A stretch of DNA of 54,283 nucleotides from a virus. Its lineage: Duplodnaviria; Caudoviricetes. The stretch covers positions 1-54,283 of IMG/VR virus record IMGVR_UViG_3300017747_002036; one strand, written 5' to 3'. Numbering within the stretch: the first letter of the stretch is position 1; each line of letters begins with the position of its first letter. A program made the position numbers and the translations under genes. Under the pieces are notes generated by a model, which searched no databases, was not told the origin of the DNA, and saw only the letters and a list, made by a program, of their open reading frames with translations. Positions 43,438 through 51,500 of the stretch are shown piece by piece.

Positions 43438-45193
43438 CATATATATGATTATTCCTCAATCTGACAAGGACGGTAATGGGCAAGCTGTAGTTCTGGAGTT
43501 CATTCAGAATAAGTTCTCAGGTGGAATGAATCGTCTAGAAGATTCTACACAGGTTGGTGAGAATGAATATCCACTACTCATAAATGGACGTAATCGCTTA
43601 GGCACTATCAAGCCTATTGCTAAGCCATTGGAGGATATGACTGGCCTGCCTAGCGTTATCACTAAGCTTCAAGGACTTTACACGGCGGCCAATTACGGGC
43701 TTGTGTTTGCAGATGGGAAAGCATACTACAAAGATTATTCTGTTCCAGCTAGTATTTGGAATGAAGTTGTTGGTTTGCAGATGGATGCTGGAGTTGATGT
43801 AATATACATCGCACTAGTAGAGTCATCTACTATCAATTATGTCCGTAAACTTGATGTTGCAGATGAGATTAACGGAGTAGTTAATATCTCAGGAGTTGCT
43901 TCTACTACTCCTCGTGCAGTAGTTGTGCAAGATGGAATTACCCAACCTTGGATAATTCTGCCCGACGCTACTGCTAGGCAGACTAAGTCCTTTGGTGAGT
44001 GGTCGCAAGATGATAGAGAGTATGTTCCTATTGGGACACTCATGGTCTATGATGAGGAAGATGCTATCCTGTATGTATACGACAATTTGAAGAAACTCCT
44101 CTATAGGTCTGTAAGTGGCCGTCCGCTTGATTTTGTAGTAAACATAGATACTACAGGTAACAAAGGAGGCGACGCTGCTACAACTGCACATGCTGTTTCG
44201 TTCGATAGCGTAACTGGCCTACAGAAACTTAACGTCCAAGAAGGTGGATTCTTCGTATCTACTCCTAAAGTATCTTATCGTGTAGTTCCAGACTTTACGT
44301 TCACTGTATTTGGCGAACCTGTATTCACTAACCGCCCGATGTTCACTACTGGAGTCCTTAACCAGTTCTCTACTATTGAGGCACTTGGCGATACAGTATT
44401 CATTGACTATAACGGAATAGTATCATTCAATGCAGTCGAACTTTACCGTAACGAAGGGCGTAACTCTCCATTCTCTCAGAAGATAGCTGCGATATTGGAA
44501 GATGTGCAGCAGGATAATTTAGTTTGTGCGGGGAAGTTTGACAACTACGTAATGTTTTCTGTTAAGACTATCTATGGGCCAGCAGTTATCGTTTATGACG
44601 AATTGAGGAACGTTATAGTAGCACTAGACATGTATGCGGACGTAGAGCGTATAGTGCAGTTCGCTGAAATTAAGACGCCTTCTCTTCGTAAGTTGCTATT
44701 CAGGACTTCCGACAACAAAGTGTATGAAGCGTTTGCAGATACAGAGGAAGTAGAGCAACTACAAATTTACATTGGTGATTGGTCCTCCACTAATCCTAAA
44801 GTTTCCATAAGGCCTAACTTCTATAAACTAGTTTTCCAAGACGCAACTAGCTCTGGCACGATAACTGCTCAATGTTACGTGGACGGAAAAGCTGGTAAGA
44901 CTTTACAGCAAGATATAGTAGCTGTTAAGAGTCCTTCAACTATTCCTGTTACACTTCCTTTCGGCGATAAAACTTCCGATTCCGTCCAACAAGTTACTTT
45001 CGATTTCTCTACTGAGAACCAAGGATGGAAAGTTGGATTGTTTATTTCTTGGAGTTCAGATGTTAAACTGAGTTCTGTGTATCTTGCAGCTAATTCGTAT
45101 AACTCTCAGACTTCTTGGGAACAGCAAGCTAACATTAGCAAGAAAGTTCTTACGCCGGGAGTGGTTGCGAATGGCAGTAAGAATATATTCTGA
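43412..45193 (+). CDS. Tail nozzle/stabilisation protein (beta-propeller-like)
   Basis: FSGGMN...LLING N-terminal motif; 593 aa beta-rich; typical podovirus position. Confidence 0.7.
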   Translation: MVMVDATANIYMIIPQSDKDGNGQAVVLEFIQNKFSGGMNRLEDSTQVGENEYPLLINGRNRLGTIKPIAKPLEDMTGLPSVITKLQGLYTAANYGLVFADGKAYYKDYSVPASIWNEVVGLQMDAGVDVIYIALVESSTINYVRKLDVADEINGVVNISGVASTTPRAVVVQDGITQPWIILPDATARQTKSFGEWSQDDREYVPIGTLMVYDEEDAILYVYDNLKKLLYRSVSGRPLDFVVNIDTTGNKGGDAATTAHAVSFDSVTGLQKLNVQEGGFFVSTPKVSYRVVPDFTFTVFGEPVFTNRPMFTTGVLNQFSTIEALGDTVFIDYNGIVSFNAVELYRNEGRNSPFSQKIAAILEDVQQDNLVCAGKFDNYVMFSVKTIYGPAVIVYDELRNVIVALDMYADVERIVQFAEIKTPSLRKLLFRTSDNKVYEAFADTEEVEQLQIYIGDWSSTNPKVSIRPNFYKLVFQDATSSGTITAQCYVDGKAGKTLQQDIVAVKSPSTIPVTLPFGDKTSDSVQQVTFDFSTENQGWKVGLFISWSSDVKLSSVYLAANSYNSQTSWEQQANISKKVLTPGVVANGSKNIF

Positions 45194-45201
45194 GTTAATG
45201 T

Positions 45202-45600
45202 ATGGCATCACGATTCGCTGTAACACCTAAAGATTTACTCGCATTCTGTGTTAAACATAGAGAAGGAACGAAAGCCTTCTGGTTTAACAAAGAGAATAGG
45301 CCGTGGACAGAAGCTGAGATTTTAGCGTATATCATACAGTGTTACCATAATAAAACTCTAGCAGTTGTGTTCGATGAAGCAACTGGAGAAATTACGGGAA
45401 TAGCAACAGGTGACATAGACTTGCCACGTAAAGTTTACAGAGTTAATACAGTCCTAACAGTGAAAGATAAAGGAGTATCTCTAAGATTGCTCCTTAAGAT
45501 ATTCAAAGATAAATATCCTTTCCTAAAACTTGAAGCAGACCGACATGGAAAATTCAAACAATATGACACAGACAGATTGCTCCGAAAAGTTTCTGTTTAA
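45202..45600 (+). CDS. Small virion-assembly protein, possibly GNAT-like fold
   Basis: Position between the nozzle and ejection genes; LAVVFDE..GEITGIA pattern. Confidence 0.5.
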   Translation: MASRFAVTPKDLLAFCVKHREGTKAFWFNKENRPWTEAEILAYIIQCYHNKTLAVVFDEATGEITGIATGDIDLPRKVYRVNTVLTVKDKGVSLRLLLKIFKDKYPFLKLEADRHGKFKQYDTDRLLRKVSV

Positions 45601-46525
45601 TCTATCTGTTGTCCTAGCTCACACTATTTGGTTTGAGCATAAACAACTCGCAGTTGCGCGTTGTGTAGACGACGCACGAATGGGTGGTGACCCTCCTGCT
45701 GCAAGTGCGAGTGAGACTACAGCACAGCAACTAATGGCGTTTACTGAGTTCTTGCCGGGACTCATGCAAACTTTGCGTCCTGAGCAAGCAGCAAGTGAAC
45801 AAGCTAATGTAGATGTGCAGCGTGCAGTTCAGCCTCAGTTGGCTGATTTGAATTTGGAGTTACTCCAGAAGTATGGCCCCGAGTATAATAAAGTTGGCGC
45901 AGATTTAGCGAGAGAGAATCAACAGTTGCAGTCCGAGAATGACTTATCTATTCTGCAAGGCACAGGTCGAGATGTAGTTACTGCTGCAACTGAAGCACAG
46001 CGTCTAGCAGACCCAGAATACTATGCAACACGTGAAGCAACTAATAAGAAGTATCTTGACCTTATTGATACTTACGACCCGACTGGGCTCTCTCCTACGG
46101 AAGCAGCTAACATAGAGAGACTTACTAATAGGTCAAATACAAGAAGCGGGACGGCAGGTTTGGGAAGTCCTACTTCAGCTATAACTAATGCGTTTGCATT
46201 TGATGCTAAGTTGCAGCAGAAGAAACAGAATCTTAGTAATGTTCTGCAGCAGTATTCTAGTTTGCAAGCAGGTAATAGGTCTGGAGTTGATGCTGGAGCA
46301 CTCACTACTGGTAAGCCTTTCATGCAAGCTTTCAATCAGAATCAATTCCAGCCTGTTCAAGCATTTGGAACTAGGTCTGCTGAGACTTCAGGCACTGCTA
46401 ATAACTTCCTCGCGCAGACTGGCGAGAATGCTCGACAGAGCAATGATATTGAATCGCAACGTCGTGATACTTTGGACAGAGTTAATGAAACACAACAAGC
46501 AGTTGGTAGTTGGTTGAGCCTCTAA
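45530..46525 (+). CDS. Ejection/internal virion protein (start uncertain; MGGDPP at 45680 is possible)
   Basis: Q/A/N-rich helical protein with a GG..PP N-terminal motif. Confidence 0.65.
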   Translation: MKQTDMENSNNMTQTDCSEKFLFNLSVVLAHTIWFEHKQLAVARCVDDARMGGDPPAASASETTAQQLMAFTEFLPGLMQTLRPEQAASEQANVDVQRAVQPQLADLNLELLQKYGPEYNKVGADLARENQQLQSENDLSILQGTGRDVVTAATEAQRLADPEYYATREATNKKYLDLIDTYDPTGLSPTEAANIERLTNRSNTRSGTAGLGSPTSAITNAFAFDAKLQQKKQNLSNVLQQYSSLQAGNRSGVDAGALTTGKPFMQAFNQNQFQPVQAFGTRSAETSGTANNFLAQTGENARQSNDIESQRRDTLDRVNETQQAVGSWLSL

Positions 46526-46535
46526 TACGCATCAT

Positions 46536-46988
46536 ATGAATGAACAAGTAGCATCACTACAAGATTGTCAGAATGAACTTGCTGAAATGCTTAAAGAGCA
46601 TCCAGTAGCACTTGAGTTTGTTAAGTTATATGTAACTTATGCAAACTTAGTGGATGACATAGTTGACGAGAAAGACTTTCAGAATTCTGAAATGTTTCTC
46701 AAACATGCAAACTTAGCTGAGACAGTTCATGCTCATCCTTACTGGATACAACATGCTGGTTGGATACGAGTTGCTCTACTCATAGTCCACAATGATTATA
46801 GTGATTCAGTTCTGTTTGAAAAAACAGAAGACGCAGGTAAGAAGCAACTGGCCGACTCGCTCCGTATAGCAGCGATACATTTAGTTTTACTAGTAGTCTA
46901 TAATGAACTTGGTTACGATGCAATGCGGCAGATTTCTCCTAAATTCAGATATGCTCTGTGGAGGAGGCACAAAGATGAAGCTCATTAA
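46536..46988 (+). CDS. Isoprenoid-synthase-fold-like protein (DDxxD)
   Basis: All-helical 150 aa with NLVDDIVDE. Confidence 0.55.
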   Translation: MNEQVASLQDCQNELAEMLKEHPVALEFVKLYVTYANLVDDIVDEKDFQNSEMFLKHANLAETVHAHPYWIQHAGWIRVALLIVHNDYSDSVLFEKTEDAGKKQLADSLRIAAIHLVLLVVYNELGYDAMRQISPKFRYALWRRHKDEAH

Positions 46989-47340
46989 CAGATATGGACC
47001 ATGCATTGGTATTAGCCTCTTCCGCTTTCGTAGAACTAATTACGAACTCTGGTGGTGTCCTGCTGCTTACGAAATTCCTGAGCATTGTCATCCTAATCAG
47101 CATATTGAACTACGCCTTATTTTCGGTAGGACAGAATTTTTTAGACGTAGCAGTAAGAGTGGGGCGTTTGAATCCGCACCAGCACAGTTTCCAGCAGACT
47201 GTGGTAGGGTTTATTCTGTTCCTGCTGGTTATTTCCACAAATTTAATACTGGTAAATGTCCTCTCGTTTTTATCAACAAAGAACAGTGGCTAGAAGGAGT
47301 AGAGATTACTTCTGCCGCGACAGACTTTAGAATTAACTAA
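46975..47340 (+). CDS. Cupin-fold protein (start likely MKLINRY)
   Basis: IPEHCHPNQHIEL (HxHxxxxE) and SVPAGYFHKF. Confidence 0.75.
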   Translation: MKLINRYGPCIGISLFRFRRTNYELWWCPAAYEIPEHCHPNQHIELRLIFGRTEFFRRSSKSGAFESAPAQFPADCGRVYSVPAGYFHKFNTGKCPLVFINKEQWLEGVEITSAATDFRIN

Positions 47341-47344
47341 TATT

Positions 47345-48490
47345 ATGGCTCCAAAAAATCGTGCTCGTTCATTTGGTGGTGGCGGTGGAGGAGGCTTAGA
47401 CCTCGGCGCACTTCTGCTTATGGGAGCGGGAATGCCAACTGAGAATCCGATGTTCGGAATGGATGAAGAATCTTTCCGTGCAGAAACTGGAGACTATAAG
47501 AGTAAGTTTGATGGAGAATCTCCATTTAAGAAAACGAATGCGATACAACGGTATGCGGGGAATGACTCTGATATACGGAACGCTGAGTATAAGTTAGGTA
47601 AGCAACAGATGCAGCAACAATTTGAACTCCAGAAGGATATGGAGAAAGTCAAGTTGGCTAATGAGTTGGCTGCTGCTGGATTCCAAAGGGAATCTGCTAT
47701 GTTGTTAGAGTCCACTTCTGCTGGTAATAGAGCTAAGTTGCAAGAAGCTTCTGACAAAGCTGCTGCTGAGAGGATTGGTTTAGGTGGGAAGGAAGATAGA
47801 ACTACACTTGAGAAGAAGTCTGAACTTACTCGCGGTGATGTAACGCACCAAGGAGAAGTAACAAAGGGAGTAACTGCTGCTGATTTGCTTGGTAAATTTA
47901 ATGCCGAGAAACTCGGTGTGTATCCATCTACTAAAGAGATGCCAGTTCTTAGTGAGAAGCTCCAGAACAATGCAATGTATAACGCAGACAAGGCTAGCAA
48001 ATTCACAGACGCTAGCTTACTACTTAACGAAAATAACGCTAGGAAGGCCGGATATTTGGATATTGGAAGCAGCGGAACAATGGATATATCGTCGCCAGAT
48101 AAGCGAGTTACACTGTTTGATAAGGGAGCAGAAGCTGGTCTTGGAACTCCCGGTCGTAAACCTTCTGTATTTACTCAACCTACTAAGCTTAACCTTGACA
48201 AGGAGCCTAAGACTGATGGAGTTGCAGGAGTTGGAGTTCAGCAAGGACAAGCCACTCCACGCACTATGCCAGCTACTTCTAATCTTATCATGCGTGATGT
48301 TGGAACACGTGATAATGGAGAGATGGTAAATGAGAATGGTAAGAAGATGGTTACGAAACAAGGTGGCCTCATTGGTCTACCTGCTACCGAAGAACAGCTT
48401 CTCGCTGAGAAACTACGGAAACGTCGTTCTATGATTGAGATACAAGACCTCTTAATGACTCCCCAATCTGGACAATGGCCGCCTCGCTAA
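47345..48490 (+). CDS. Ejection/internal virion protein (putative)
   Basis: G-rich hydrophobic N-terminus, coiled coil, position before the giant protein. Confidence 0.65.
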   Translation: MAPKNRARSFGGGGGGGLDLGALLLMGAGMPTENPMFGMDEESFRAETGDYKSKFDGESPFKKTNAIQRYAGNDSDIRNAEYKLGKQQMQQQFELQKDMEKVKLANELAAAGFQRESAMLLESTSAGNRAKLQEASDKAAAERIGLGGKEDRTTLEKKSELTRGDVTHQGEVTKGVTAADLLGKFNAEKLGVYPSTKEMPVLSEKLQNNAMYNADKASKFTDASLLLNENNARKAGYLDIGSSGTMDISSPDKRVTLFDKGAEAGLGTPGRKPSVFTQPTKLNLDKEPKTDGVAGVGVQQGQATPRTMPATSNLIMRDVGTRDNGEMVNENGKKMVTKQGGLIGLPATEEQLLAEKLRKRRSMIEIQDLLMTPQSGQWPPR

Positions 48491-48505
48491 CCTACTATTG
48501 ATTAT

Positions 48506-51500
48506 ATGGCAGACGCTAATTATCGCCGTCAACTTCTGTTAGAAGCTGGCCTTGACCCATCTCAAGTCGCACTTGATGACCAAGGTTTCGTGATTGCTGC
48601 TCCAGAGCCGCCTCAATCCCCTGTAGTTAATCAGGCAACTTCACTACAGCCGCTAACTCCTAAGCCACTTGGAAGTGCAGTTAGGCAGTTCGGTGCAGGT
48701 GTGCTTCCTGCTGCTGGCGGCCTACTTGCAGGTAGTCTGGCGGCTGCTCCATTCACAGGAGGAACATCTCTACTTCTACCTATTGGCGCTGGTATAGCGG
48801 GTGCTCTTGCGGGTGGTTATGGGGCAGCTAAGTTGCAAGAGAAAGTAATGCCTGAAGAATGGAATCAGCAACTAGCTCTTGACGCTGAGGTTAATCCCAA
48901 GGCGTCGATGCTGGGTAATGTAGCTTCATCGTTAGTGTTCATGAAGCCAGACTTGAAGTCTGTTGCGAATGCTGGACAAGGAATTAGGAATCTAGTTACT
49001 GGCGGAGCAAGTAAACTCTCTGGTCCACAAGCGGGTAATCTGCTAAACATCGGACTTGGTGGCGGACTGGGTGCTGCTAGTTCTATCTACGAAGACGTTT
49101 CGCGTGACAAAGAAATAGATTTTGGTAAGCTTGCAATTAGTGCAATTGGTAATGCACTAATTAATAATCCAAATAAGCTTGGTCAAAAGCTTGGAGCTAC
49201 GCCTAACGTATACGATGATATTGGCGAGACACAAGCTAGGCAGATGATGCAGGCAGACCAAACTACGCTTGGCGAAGAGTCACTTCAACTTCGTAATAAG
49301 GCTGACAGAGAACGTGCGGCGGCAGCTGAAGCAAGAGACAAAGAGATATTTGATGAGTTGCCTGCTAGTCTTAAGAAGAAAGTCTCTTCTAAGTCTATGT
49401 CTCTGCAAGATGCAATCATAGTTGCGCGTGAAGAGGAAGGAATTGCACAACGTAAAGCACAGGCTGCTGCTGGCAAACTACAGACTCCTTCTACTCTGGA
49501 GGACATTAAAGGATTCGGTGCACAAGAGCGTGGATACGAAGAGATGTATTCGCAATATGGCCGCGACGTATTGTCTCAAGAGCCTACTCCTAAGCTGAAG
49601 TTGGCTGAGACACAGCGTGTAGTTGAGAATCAGTTAGCGGAAAAGGCGAATGAAGTAGAACTCCAGAAGTTCGTAACTGAAAGTAAGAAGCTAGACTTTG
49701 AGAAAGCTAGACTAGAGAAGGAAGCACAGGATTTGGAAGAGATGCAGAGAGTTGCAAGCGCGCCGAAACCTGCGTCTGAGAACGCTCTTAAATACCTAGA
49801 GAGCGGAATAGTGAATCGTAGGTTGGCTGGAGAAGAAGTTCGTCCTACGGTAAGTGAGAGCGATTTGTTGCCGAGTAGGGCGGCGATGAGTGAAGATGCA
49901 GATTTGCTTGCTCCCCAGACGGAAGCAGAGAGGATTCAGGAAGACTTTGACTTAGGTAAGAGGAAGCAAGAAGGTGAACAAGCTATAAGAAAGCAGACTA
50001 CTACTCCTGAGTTTAAGAAGTGGTTTACTGGAAGTAAAGTTGTAGATGAAAAAGGTGAGCCGCTAGTAGCTTATCATGGTAACTCTGCTGACTTTAATTC
50101 TTTTGACAAAGATGTTGCAGGTGATGTAGGTTTTTATTTTACTAAAAATACAGGAGAAGCCTCTGAGTATAGCAGGTTTAATGGAGAAGGTTCTAATGTA
50201 AAACCTGTGTTCTTAAATATTAAGAATCCTGTTCCACAAGATGTATATAATGAAGTAGCTAGAATTTATGGTAAAGGCGGTAATCCGCGTAAAGCTATAA
50301 ATCAGAGATTGCGCTTAATGGGTTATGATGGAAGAATCATAGGTGATCACTATGTTGTATTCGAACCCACGCAAATTAAGTCTGCAACAGGTAATAAAGG
50401 AACTTTCGATTCTACCAATTCAGATATTAGGTATCAAGACTCTACTGTCCTCTCTGACGAACAACGTCGTGTAATCCAAGACGCTAAGGCTGAAGTAACT
50501 AAGAAGATGAAGGATGCAGGTATCTCTACTGAACCAACAGTTGGTTTTAGAGACGCTATGCAATTGCTAGCTGCTAAGCGTAAAGTTAAGTTAGAGCTGG
50601 ACCCAGCTGTAGAAGGAGCAGGTGAAACTGTTTCTGTAGCAGAACAGAAGAAACTTCGTGGTGCATTGGAAGATGTTACTGCCAAGATTAACCCACAGAT
50701 TGCAGGCATGGATACTTGGCCGCATGAGATGTTCCATGTTTTCTTTACTGACATGGAAATAGGTAAGAGTCAAATTGGGAGAGACTTAGCTAAGAAGGCG
50801 AAGGAAGTGTTTGGAGGAAGTGAAGAAGTGCTTACTGACGTAACTGGGAAAGAAGTAATTACTCGTTTACTAAATCTAGATAAGGAAGGCAAGACTAAGA
50901 AGTTCTTTAAGGATTTCTGGTCGTTTGTTAAGACTAAGTATGGTAATCCTACAACGGGAGATGTTAAGAGGCTGATGGCAAATAGACTACTTAACGAGGT
51001 CTCCTACAGCGAACTTAATCCTTCTGCCGTGGCAGGGAAAGTAGGAGTAGAGCTGACGCAAGAGGAGTCAACTGGCGAGCCAGCACTAGCACAGCGTGAA
51101 GGCCAACAGTTGCCTAAGGAGAATGTTACTTCAGAGGTAGCGAAGGGCAAACTGTCGGAGATGAAGAAGACTCTGGGGATGGAAGAAGGGAAGAATAAGG
51201 TGGACCAGAAGGACTTGAAAGCAGCTAAGTTTGCAGGTAGACAGCAGGAAGGCGATGCAACACTGAAAGATGATAGGACGTTCGCAACTGATTTCGAGAA
51301 GCAATTCAAGTCAGTCAGCACTCCATATAATTTACGTTCTAACAAAGAAGGTAAATTTACTTCTAGCGAAGTGGTGCAGTCACTGAGTAAAATCAATCCC
51401 GGAGAAGCTCAATTACTTAAGGATGCGGGGATTGAAGGTTATCTGAAAGCTAATCCCAAAGTTAGCGCAGAGGAACTTACGAAGTGGATTAAGGAGAATG

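Noticed and set aside
30903-44868. Intragenic GG-N10-GC matches CGGCACAGAAGCTGC (30903), TGGCACGTTCCCAGC (35787) and TGGCACGATAACTGC (44854)
   Set aside because: They lie inside coding sequence, where a few chance matches are expected. The 30903 and 44854 sites could be internal promoters but cannot be supported without start-site data
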